From Hydrurus foetidus (lineage: Eukaryota), in assembly GCA_900617105.1 (NCBI GenBank), contig UYFQ01000363.1, forward strand, positions 62,001 to 119,925: 57,925 nucleotides of DNA, in the 5' to 3' direction. Below the pieces are notes generated by a model. It did not search any database and was not told where the DNA came from. It saw only the letters and a list, made by a program, of their open reading frames with translations. Positions 1-10,140 of the stretch are shown here, piece by piece (the first letter of the stretch is position 1; each line of letters begins with the position of its first letter). The position numbers and the translations under genes were made by a program.

Positions 1-240
1 TGAAAACGAAATATCTGTAGATGCTGCCAGTACCAGTTTGTTTACTACTTGCAAAATTACGATATGTTACATTCACGACGACCATTACATTAAATTGAAC
101 AATATTTAGTGCCTGTATTTCACGTGTCGACTTCTTACTCGGCAGGATGCCATCCGATAAAAATGTAAACAAGATGTAATAGCCTTGACTGTGGAATTTA
201 AGAACACGAGCGCAACAGAGCTGCCGCCTATGTCAGATGT

Positions 241-1447
241 TCATTTTTTGGCTTCGAATAGCTCCGCCATGTAACTTCCTGGTACCATCACGTTCACCTA
301 CGATAAGAATGCCGTAACGTTCAGTACAGTATGGCGCGATTAACCAAATTATTGGACCAGAGGGAAGTGAAGAAAGAATATGAGGGAGATAATAATACAG
401 GAACGACAGACTCAAGCTTCGTTAGAACGGTTGCGATATGAATGAATGTCCTACTTCTGTATGGGTCAAAGCAAGGATATGCGATTGATGCAGCATGCGC
501 TCAACGGACAGGACAGCCCAATTATCAACAGCATCACCTTCTCCGCAACTGCCTCAACGATGCTGTCCAGGTGAGAGTGAATTCCCCTGCTCTTCAGCCA
601 CATGTAGTAACTCTGGGCATTCTGAAGGTGCAAAATTTAGTAAATGAATGCCAGCTATCTTAGAAATTTCAACGCCAATAAATACTGATCGATGTTTTAA
701 TACTTGATTAATTTCTACGGAGATTGTAATTTTCGAACCTCGACATTATCCGTTGATAAGCCCTTCAGCATGAGATACTTTCCAATCATTTGATGCGTTG
801 ATTCTGAGGTAAAAGACAAAACCGAGTAGAATGTCAGACTAATGAAGTTTGTCGCATTTATTTAAAAATCTTACCTATAATTTCCTCCGTCCCTTGGCCT
901 CTGTAAATGAACAAGAATTCATAGAAATTAGCTGATATGGTACTCAAGTTGATTAGTGGTGATAATGGTTTTAGATGCGTACATTCCTTACTAACGAGAA
1001 AAAAGCGCCCCTAAAAAGCATCACAATTTTATCAAATGGAATATGAGCTGACCATCCCACCTGGCCTCCTCAGAAATTTCTGAGAGGTGAACGATTGCAG
1101 CAGAACCGACACCGGGGATTTCTTCGAGTCTGCCATTGATCGGCGCCTTAATCCATGCCATCAACTGTTCCCTGGTTGTGCGAATTAATGAATCATTTCA
1201 GATGACTCTGTATCTGGTTGATCAAACTGCAGGCGTACAAGCCATACCTCGATGTAGTGCTGAGTTCGGCGCGATAAGTACAATGATCGTTGTCCACTCT
1301 GTATGTGAATAGCTGTTAGACGATCTTCGTTTTCGCGGTTATTATTTGCGAGGCTTACTTGTGATGCTTCGCAGGTCCCTGGGAGGTGGGATTAGAGAGT
1401 TGCCTGTGAGCTGTTCCAATGATGGCTTCATCGTTTACTTCGGACAT
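241..1447 (-). CDS. BAF (barrier-to-autointegration factor)-like helix-hairpin-helix DNA-binding protein, 7 exons
   Basis: Manually spliced at GT-AG sites with all phases consistent: MSEVNDE...TYRAELSTTSREQLMAWIKAPINGRLEEIPGVGSAAIVHL...STHQMIGKYLMLKG...YYMWLKSRGIHSHLDSIVEAVAEKVNVMVPGSY...KK*. 'IPGVG' HhH and 'QMIGKYLML' resemble BAF 'LAGIG'/'VLGQFLVL'. Not in the ORF track. Confidence 0.65.
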
Positions 1448-2074
1448 TCCAAGAGACACTTCGGAGAGTAAATTTTAAGATTGTGCAGCATTCCTGCGCG
1501 AACCTGACGTCTCACTATGAACCAGTTCGAGAGGTAGTCATTCAATTTCAACTCATAGACTTCGTTTTCATGTTTCATGAACTATTTTTGAAAGCAGTTT
1601 TTCTCATTTTCATTTTCGAAAAATGAAGAAAGAAAACCGTCCCCGGTCCGTTCCGGCTGGATTCAGCAATGTCACCGTTGTCACCATTCTGCACAGTGCA
1701 CAATGCCGGAGTGCATAATGAACTGCCAGCTGCCAGCTTCGTGGCTCCAGTGACATGCTTCGTATTTTGACCTGGCGAACTCAATATCAGCGTTTTTATC
1801 GCCGACAACGAGGAGGAAGGAATTCGTGGGAGATCTTATGCAGTTCAGCACCCTTAATTGAGAGAAGCGGCCGCAAAATGCTCCGATCACAACTACATCA
1901 GTAATTCCATACGATGCACTCCCTATACTAGTGGTAGGAAATAATTTGCCGCACGACGCGAAAGAGACGCTCGTGGGCCCGGAAGAATTTTGCAGCCAAA
2001 TATTGGACATTGCACAGTCTACAGAATCGCGACGAATAGCAAGAACTTCGGTTTCGCACACGACTCTTACTGTA

Positions 2075-2583
2075 ATGAGTGACGAAACCGTCGATAATGT
2101 CGAAAAGCTGCCGTTATCAAAACTTCACTATTTGCCATGTTCTATTGACTACGACGGAACAGCAGCAGTCAAATCTTTTTTTCACGTCGAACACACCAAG
2201 CGCGGAGGGGATTTGTGTTTGAAGACGCACTTGAGAGGCCACAAGTTATCTGGAAGAGAGATTCAAATATCACCATCTACGACAGAGAAGGGATCATCTG
2301 ACAAAATTGGCGACTCTCAAAATTGCCCTTCTGTAGTTGGATTATGCGTTAGAGATGGGGGTAATATGGACTGGGTCGTTGAGGGGAAATTCGACTCGAT
2401 AAGCGAGTGGGTTCATGGTGAGACCTTCGACTCATCGCAAATAGAACATCATCTGTCGTGGTTCCTCACTGCCGATCAAGTAAGTGTTCGCCACTGAGAT
2501 TGAGCAGTAGTGGACACTGTATCTAACATTTCTTCATATTTTTATGGAAAAAGGTTCACTCAATCTCAGCAGAAGAGACATGA
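2075..2583 (+). CDS. RNASEH2C: Ribonuclease H2 subunit C
   Basis: LHYLPCSIDYDG.A.V..FF, LRGHKLSG, F..I..W and W...ADQVH motifs. ATG at 2075. One intron ~2480-2553 adds the last exon VHSISAEET*. Confidence 0.8.
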
Positions 2584-2836
2584 ATCGACAGGAGTCCCCT
2601 ACATTTTTTCTTTCGTTCAGTTTACTGCGAAGAGTTCTTTGTATTACATTGTCGCCCATATTTGAATCTCAGTGATTGAAGCAGATCAAAACGATGAGGA
2701 CAGTATGGACGCTTATACAGTATGCATGTTCAAAATGTAAGAAGAGGGCATATTTTGTCTCCAGACGTTACTATTACATTGTTCGCCGCAATTTTTCTCT
2801 CAAAGTACTGCGAGCAGAAAGCCTAGCGCCCGATAT

Positions 2837-3695
2837 TTAAGGAAACACAGTCTGCCCGAAGAATAATGGCGCTGCTGTCCGTATGACTTGTCGCGAAGCA
2901 AGACCCGATAAACAAGTACAGAAAATGGGACTTACGTAGGTCAAGTCATTTCTGAGAAACCATGACATCGGCCATAACACCTGCGGTGAAAATTGGAGAA
3001 ATTGACATTTGAGCAAGATAGAGATAGTAACCTTGATAAGAACATGCAATGATTCAGCGAGTAAAGCGCTGTCTCCGCCATGCAGACATATGGATCACAT
3101 TACCTTCGGCGATATCATCAGTAAGGACAGCTGCGACATATATAAACCGATAGTTAGATAGGCCACAACCTATTATAGTTATGAATGGAGTCGCAAATGG
3201 TGAGGAGAAAGGATTTCACGTAAAAATTCTTCATGAACGTTTTGTCAAACGTCGAGAATAGACGTCATCCGTTGTAGTCATTCAGTCGCAAAGAGGTTAT
3301 GAGATACTCACGCGACAGGTGCGCAATATCTTCTTGACCCTCAGAACTTTTGGGGCAAAGTCCGACTGGATGGCCTCGATGCTTTTCTCAATTTTTATAA
3401 TCTTCCGCGTTAGTAACGAGTGCCGAACAAACTCAAGATTCACATGCTTAATTGAGCATATTTCAGTCGCGGTATCAACCTGGATAGTGTTGATGATAGG
3501 CCAGCAATTTATTCACGATTACTGTCGATTCATGTGCAAGGCAGCATATTAGGAAACCTTCTGAATTTTCAAATGTTTAAGTTCGTCTGATGGCCTCGTC
3601 AGATGATAAGCTATTATGATGCGTAATAATTCAAAGACAAAGGAGAAAAGAAGAGTTGTAGCAGCGCAAGTTGCGTCCAGAGGAAGCAAGAACAT
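2837..3695 (-). CDS. GET1/WRB-like tail-anchored protein insertase, 4 exons
   Basis: Spliced product: TM1 (TLLFSFVFELLRIIIAY), coiled coil with 'LEFVRHSLLTRKIIKIEK' (cf. GET1 'DEFAKWAKLRR'), TM2, 'LWPMSWFL', TM3. Intron phases are consistent. Confidence 0.55.
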
Positions 3696-3960
3696 CTTTG
3701 GAATGTCGTCTGAAAGTGCTGCTGAAGTCGATAGGTAACCTCACAGATAACCGATTACAGGGTTGGAACTTAGAAAATGAATGTCGAGCTACAGTATATC
3801 AAAAACAATAACTGTGTCTGGAAAAGTAATAAATTAATTAAATTAATTGTGAATTGGGGATAAAAGATAAAAGATTCATTGTTGATTGTTGTACGTGGTC
3901 CCAAATCGACTGTTTCTTGGGTTGGAGATACATATATCGCTAACAATCGATATCGCTAAC

Positions 3961-4365
3961 AGCAGAACATCGACTATTTCAGGGAATGTGATCCAAGTCG
4001 ACCTTCAGTCAGGATAGAAGAAGCAACAGCACTCTCCACGCAATGAAAATGCTGAGATTTTTATGAAAGAGGACGACTGGCTGAAACAGCTGCCTGCTGG
4101 AAGCAACCGATGGCGCGATTGCAGCTACTGGTTCGCTTTTATCAGATGCATCACAATTTCTGTCGAATCTTGTGATGCATCTGATAAAAGCGAACCAGTA
4201 GCTGCAATCGCGCCATCGGTTGCTTCCAGCAGGCAGCTGTTTCAGCCAGTCGTCCTCTTCCATAGAAATCTCAGCATTTTCATTGCGTGGAAAGTGCTGT
4301 TGCTCCTTCTAGCCTGACTGAAAGTCGATTTGGATCACATTCCCTGAAATGGTCGATGTTCTGCT
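3961..4365. repeat. Long inverted repeat/hairpin: ~196-bp arms, 13-nt loop
   Basis: 3961-4156 is the reverse complement of 4170-4365. The loop-proximal ~90 bp is perfect. About 8 mismatches lie in the distal part, nearly all transitions. Confidence 0.97.
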
Positions 4366-4647
4366 GCTACTCTCCAAGCAAGTCAAGCTTTATGGGGGCG
4401 ACAATACCCCATCAATAGTCAAAAAAATTGTGCAGCATCCATGGGGTCTCTTAGTGGTTACATTTGATTGCAAAACAAATATTAAACAGCATCGTCTGTG
4501 TACATCAGAGGCGAAGGTATAGAGGCAATTTCTTGCATTGTGTATCTGAAGCAGATTGACAGCTGCCTTAAAGCCGATTTGAAACAATCTTATCTCTATC
4601 TTGCGAATTAGCTAACCACGGCGAGTGTTACTAGACACGAAGCAAGT

Positions 4648-4905
4648 TTGACTGACCTCCTAAATTCAGTGCAAATTGTGGCAGCAAGCGATCCTTCAAA
4701 GTTGGCTTCTTGGATAGTCGACTTCGATGCGAATGAATGTGGCGGAAACGAAGTTAAAGACGTCGTTGTAGCTGATGGTGGAGTTGAGTCTGTCCAAGAA
4801 CTGCTGGTGACTGGACTGTTAGAACTTTGTAATATGAAGCCAGTAGGCAACGATGCGATTCAGCGGTTAGGAGAGTAGCTCCTTGAAAACAACCCAAACA
4901 AAAGT
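4648..4905 (+). pseudogene. Degraded fragment of a Dpy-30-motif protein (NDK5/adenylate-kinase-type C-terminus)
   Basis: VQELLVTGLLELCNMKPVGNDAIQRLGE*LLENNPNK matches the Dpy-30 motif V.P.L..GL.ELC..KP....A..WLGEWLL.NNPNK. In-frame TAG at 4876-4878 and CGG at 4864 replace the two Trp codons. Confidence 0.6.
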
Positions 4906-5168
4906 GGTGTGGTAAAGTCCTCGACAAGGATAACATTGCGTTTTTATGTAGATGATGACTAAGAAACTTTATGTGGATGATCACTGTCGTCATCAAGACT
5001 TATGTGTTTTTTGTTTGTGTTTAGCTGACGATGTAGATAATTTCATATCGCAGACTTTGAAAACATATTTTTCTGAAAAATTTCATCAGTCTATTACAGA
5101 GAGACGATCGGAAGGTAGTATCCCGAAATTCCGCTCGCTTCTTCGACAACCGAGATAGATGAGCTGAC

Positions 5169-5603
5169 TCAGACTCCTCGAGCTCTTTCAATTTGGGTCA
5201 GCCGTATAATCTGATAAGCCAGGACGGGATTGTGAATGACAGTTAGACTCATCCAACAATTTATAATGGTATGGGTAGGGAGTGCTTACATCGCCCAAAT
5301 TTGAATTCACTTCCAGCAACTTTGATCGAGGTTTGCTGGCTTTGTCGCTGTCTTCAGCATTATCTGCGATGATCAGTGCGGGTAAAATTCAGATCTTATC
5401 ACTGAAAAAGTAATCAGTCACAACACTGAATGAAGGTACATATTACCCATAATAATGCAATTGTTCCGTCTCAATATGTCTTGAATCATTTCCAATTTAT
5501 CTTTCGTGGATGATGGGGGGAGACTCTCCATGATTGCTTCGCAGTCGAGCATAGCTCGATCTATTTCATTCATTTCAACCTTCTTCTCCAGTTCGGAAAT
5601 CAT
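5169..5603 (-). CDS. Small hypothetical spliced protein
   Basis: ATG 5603 ORF plus two further candidate exons with GT-AG boundaries. No recognisable domain; 3' end uncertain. Confidence 0.35.
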
Positions 5604-6085
5604 TCAAATCTTCTACTCGAGCTCGCTGCGTTGCGCTGAAAGTGCTTTTGTGCATTAATGACGGTAAATTCTGATGATCCCGGTGACGTCGGCAGATGTC
5701 GATGAAAGCTTTGTTGGCGATGCTTTACGGTGGTTGTAGTTCAACTTCGAATCTAGACAGAGGAAGGAGGAAGGCGTATTTTACACACTGATGACATCAT
5801 AGGAAATTAAATGTTGAGTGCAAAATATCAAAATATCGCAATTTTCATTCGGTCTACAATCTACAGTCTACAGTTGAGTTCAGTGTTCAGTTCGTTCCCA
5901 CACATGACAGAGAGGTGATAGGAGGCACAAAGAATTCTAGAATTCTCCTTCGAGAGTCGAGAGCATGATAGACAAACTTCTGGTCAGAGCAGCTACGAAA
6001 TACGTAGCTGTTGCGCAGTGAGGAGCAATATTGCGTTATTCACATTGAGACATGACCCTATCGACGACTGAGTGATCGCTGTAGG

Positions 6086-9000
6086 ATGTTCTCATTCATT
6101 CATGCTGGTCTGACAGCCGCATTGTGGTCCTCCGTGATCATTCCGTCGAAATCGAACAGAATGCCGGACAGAATAATTGATTTGCGTAGTGATACCGTGA
6201 CAAGGCCAACTTTGGCGATGAGAACTGCCATGTTTGAGACTGATGTTGGAGATGATGTTTTTGGAGAAGACCCTACTGTGCTGAAGTTGCAGTCCAAAAT
6301 GTCGATGTTATTCAAGAAAGAAAGCGCATTATTCTTTCCGTCTGGTACTATGTCAAACTTAGCAGCGATAATGAGTCTGTGTACGAGGCGAGGCTCCGAA
6401 ATGATCGTTGGCGATTCCTCGCAGATATTTCTACAGGAATACAGTGGAATCTCTCAGATTGCTGGAGTGTTACCTCGATGTCTGAAAAATCAACAGGATG
6501 GGACTATTCACCTTGATCTCATCGAAAGAGCTGTCCGAGAAAGCTCTGTTAACTTTCCAGTGACTGAAGTGATAGCTCTTGAAGACACCCATGACTTCTG
6601 CGGCGGCAGAGTTTTACCATTGGGATACCTAAAAGCAGTTGGTGAATTTGCGAGAGATCGAGGAATTGATGTGCATTTGGATGGCGCACGAATTTGGAAC
6701 GCTGCTGTTGCATCTAAAACACCTGTACACGAATTGGTGGAGGGGGCAGGAACTGTTACCGTTTGTTTGTCCAAAGGTCTGGGGGCACCATCTGGATCTA
6801 TTCTGCTCGGATCTACGAAACTCATTGATAAAGCGAGGAGATACAGAAAAGTGTTAGGAGGAGGTATGAGTCAGGTCGGAATTCTTGCAGCTGCTGCTCT
6901 TGAGGGCATCGCAGACTTCGAGTCGGGACTTTTAATTCCTGATCACTTCAAAGCTAAAGAGCTGGCAGCTGCCATCTCAAATATTGCCGGATTTACTGTT
7001 GATGTGGACGCTGTGGAGACTAATATCGTCGTAGTTGGGCTTGATGATGGATGTCCTGACGCGCATGTTCTCGCCATGTTGTTGAAAGAGATAAATATTC
7101 TCGTACTACCATTTGGTGATAAAAAGTTACGACTGGTCACGCATCGCGACATATTAGATGCGGACATAAGAATAATCATCATGGCTTTTGAGGGGATGAT
7201 GTCTAAATTCTTCAGGGGGACTATAAGGGAGCAATCAACGTCATCAGTTCAGGAGCCAGCATCACGTGTTTTGGATCCAGTGCAATTACCAAATATGATC
7301 GATACGTCATCAAGAGTGACCGCTGAGAAGAGCGAGTACTCCAGGCGTCTTATAGAGAGAGTTTTACAAAATGAGAAAGTTTTTCGTCCTCGGCTGAGCA
7401 GCCGTGAGATAAAAGAGATTGTGGAAGGCGCAGAGGGAATTAGAGTGCCAGCAGGCGACACGGTAATCAGACAAGGTGACCCCGCTCAGTTCTTCTACAT
7501 CATAGAGTCAGGAAGGGTGGATCGTATTTCTGCTGATGGGTCGAGTTCGAAGATTAAGGAGAGTTTGTCGGACAGCGGTTTCTTCGGAGAGATAGCCCTT
7601 ATCTACGATGCTCCACGCTCAGCAACCGTCACAGCAGCAGAAGAGACCGTGCTGTGGAGGATACATAAGAAACATTTCTTCTTTGTATGCAAGTCAATCA
7701 ATCAGACAGCTGCCAATATGGATACATCTGAAAGGACACCTCATCCGGTATTAGGCGAGACTCTTGTTGGAGTGACGAGGACTGCCAAGCGATCCACTCA
7801 ACCGGACTTCGTGGACAGCTCAGAAGACATGCTATTCGGATCTTCGTGCAGTCTATTCGATGACATCGTGGAGATAGAAGCACAGGTGTTGCAGAAGGAC
7901 GACGCCTTCAACGATGATTGTAGACACGCAGATGCCGTGATTCGTCAAGAACAGAAACAACAACAGGAACAAGGACAAGAAGGACAGTCAAGTGCACAGG
8001 TGACAATCAATCCAACACCTGCTCGTGTCTCAGAAGTAGACGATATCCAATCTGAGGAAGTGGCACGTAGTGTGGGCGATAATAGGGTGGCAGGAAGTCA
8101 AGGTGATGAGAGGGACATCAACATGGACATGGACATGGCCATTGATACTGTCACAGATACTCACACTGACCTGGAGAATTACGAAGAAGTGGTGATTCAC
8201 GGCATGAGTTTGAGCGACGAGGGATTCTGTGTTCTTCTCAAAGGAGTTGTCTGCGAGAGGGTTCTGCGACTCTTGGTCACTCCGTCCGATCCAATGTCAG
8301 ATGGACTGGACAGAGATCAAGTGGACACATCAGAGGCGGTCACATTGCTGCAACTCCTGCAAGGCATAGATGTTGAATCTATTCTAGCACGGGACACTTT
8401 GACTGCGAGATTCTCAGAGTCTGGTTTAAATAGACAGCACTTTGTTCTGAGGAGGGTTATGATCGATCATGCGGACAGCTCTAAGTCATTTCACGCACTG
8501 CTCCTCGGTTCTAGTCTGTCGTCAGCATCTAGTCTAGGGAGTGAAGGCGCATTCGCTATCACCGTGACTCCTCAGAGCATTCTGCAATCAGCGGTGCAAG
8601 ATACTCTTCAGTACCCACTGTCTATCACATCCACATCTACTTTTGCGCTACCTAGCTTGTCTTCAGAGCAAGACTCAGCAGCAGAGGGCGCCTCCACAAC
8701 AGTGCCATGCAGTAAGGCCACTAGTGGAGACAGTCGAGTTGACAGGGAGGTAGAGATTTTGAGTGCATTTGAAGCAATTGCACTCGCACTGCGACACAGC
8801 TCAGTCATTGAGGTCAAGTCCTCTCTCCTTCAGGACGAAAGTCTGTCCTATACTCTTGAAGAACTGCCCTCTTATTTCCCCAAACTCGTGAAGTCAGACA
8901 TACCCCTGGAAGATGGGGGGCGATTCAGCGCTGACTATGACTCTCGCAGTGAAATAGAGCGGCTGCGAAGACGCTTGCAGGAAGTCACCAGACAGGGCCA

Positions 9001-9157
9001 GCTTGATAAAGTGGGTTCCATTAAAAAACAGCTTGAATTCTATTCTAATATTGAGGGAAAAGCAATTCAAATTATTTCCTCTTCCCCTCCACCTATTATT
9101 CGTGCACCTGCGATTGACGCTATGGTGCCGAATGAAGTGGAGAATGAAGTGTCATAA
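6086..9157 (+). CDS. Multidomain protein: threonine aldolase-like PLP domain + cyclic-nucleotide-binding domain + bifunctional-nuclease (DUF151)-like domain + UVR-like coiled coil
   Basis: Intronless 1023 aa. Aldolase (~6170-7210): DLRSDTVT.PT, GDDVFGEDPT, HLDGAR, CLSKGLGAP, RLVTH. cNMP (~7390-7690): VIRQGD..FYIIESG..FGEIALIYDAPRSATV. BFN-like (~8185-8830): GFCVLL..., FEAIALALR...IEV. UVR-like (~8950-9040): ERLRRRLQEVTRQGQLDKVGSIKKQL. The BFN and UVR calls are less sure than the first two. Confidence 0.8.
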   Translation: MFSFIHAGLTAALWSSVIIPSKSNRMPDRIIDLRSDTVTRPTLAMRTAMFETDVGDDVFGEDPTVLKLQSKMSMLFKKESALFFPSGTMSNLAAIMSLCTRRGSEMIVGDSSQIFLQEYSGISQIAGVLPRCLKNQQDGTIHLDLIERAVRESSVNFPVTEVIALEDTHDFCGGRVLPLGYLKAVGEFARDRGIDVHLDGARIWNAAVASKTPVHELVEGAGTVTVCLSKGLGAPSGSILLGSTKLIDKARRYRKVLGGGMSQVGILAAAALEGIADFESGLLIPDHFKAKELAAAISNIAGFTVDVDAVETNIVVVGLDDGCPDAHVLAMLLKEINILVLPFGDKKLRLVTHRDILDADIRIIIMAFEGMMSKFFRGTIREQSTSSVQEPASRVLDPVQLPNMIDTSSRVTAEKSEYSRRLIERVLQNEKVFRPRLSSREIKEIVEGAEGIRVPAGDTVIRQGDPAQFFYIIESGRVDRISADGSSSKIKESLSDSGFFGEIALIYDAPRSATVTAAEETVLWRIHKKHFFFVCKSINQTAANMDTSERTPHPVLGETLVGVTRTAKRSTQPDFVDSSEDMLFGSSCSLFDDIVEIEAQVLQKDDAFNDDCRHADAVIRQEQKQQQEQGQEGQSSAQVTINPTPARVSEVDDIQSEEVARSVGDNRVAGSQGDERDINMDMDMAIDTVTDTHTDLENYEEVVIHGMSLSDEGFCVLLKGVVCERVLRLLVTPSDPMSDGLDRDQVDTSEAVTLLQLLQGIDVESILARDTLTARFSESGLNRQHFVLRRVMIDHADSSKSFHALLLGSSLSSASSLGSEGAFAITVTPQSILQSAVQDTLQYPLSITSTSTFALPSLSSEQDSAAEGASTTVPCSKATSGDSRVDREVEILSAFEAIALALRHSSVIEVKSSLLQDESLSYTLEELPSYFPKLVKSDIPLEDGGRFSADYDSRSEIERLRRRLQEVTRQGQLDKVGSIKKQLEFYSNIEGKAIQIISSSPPPIIRAPAIDAMVPNEVENEVS

Positions 9158-10140
9158 ATGGCATGACATGGCATGGCATGTTGGGGGAGCGGGGTGGTGT
9201 GTATCCGTGAGCAGAGGAAAGAAGAGAAGAGAGAAAAAAGGAATGAGAAGAGAAAAGAGAAAAAGGAAAGTGAAGATAACAGAAGCGGGGTAGAGTAAAT
9301 CCGAGTGAAGAGAAGAGAAGACGTTTCGCCATATTCTTACAAGGAATGATTGTTTTTTAGCATTTCTATTTCAGTGGCATGATATTTCCGGACAGACTAT
9401 TTCAATTCAGTGCGTCACTGATCTCTGATCGCTGATTGTCTTCAAAGAACAGAAGATTTAATCTGTCGAAATAAAATAATGCCTCGCTCTCTTTGTCTAT
9501 TTTTCAATCCATCTGTATTGATGCAATATCAGTACTGGATTGAACTGAGAAATCTGATGTGTGTCTGCTGTAAGGGAACTATTCTGATTGCCAATATTTC
9601 TTCTGCGTTCCTGTTTGTTATAATGTGTTCTGTTTTATTGTACTTTACTGTATTGTTTTGTATCTTATTTTATCGTAAGCATTTGTCAGTCTTGAATAGG
9701 GGTCTCCATATTTGATACCGTCATTTCTGCAACTTGACTATGCATTACTTATTTATACTTGATCGTGCAATAACACTTTTGTTCTTATTCAGCATCTTAT
9801 CGCCTGTCTAACCGCGGTAAAAGCGTGACAACCAATTTAACTTTCAGTGATTTTCTAAAATATTTAGCACATTGAGTTTCAGTACCTACCTACCTACGAC
9901 TTCTTACGGTAAAGGGTAAAAAGGTGGAACACCTATAAACGGTTTATCCCCCAATACGGTGGAATGATAAATTGACGGAACCCAGACTACGGATATCTCA
10001 ACTGCTGGAATCTCATCGCTCCATTTGGCCGATTTAGTGTAGTATGTCCAGTGTGCATCTGTGCATCTGTGATCTAAGTTGAACTGGATGGCTGTAGCAC
10101 AAGTATCAGCACTAGAAACTTCAGCAACAGCAGCCAGATC

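Noticed and set aside
4009..4317. Mirror 84-aa ORFs on both strands as a protein pair
   Set aside because: A trivial consequence of the palindrome; no recognisable domain.
4876..4878. TAG/TAA reassignment or alternative genetic code
   Set aside because: Intact genes end normally in TAA, TGA or TAG and long ORFs lack internal stops. The two in-frame stops lie in a decayed fragment and a transposon.
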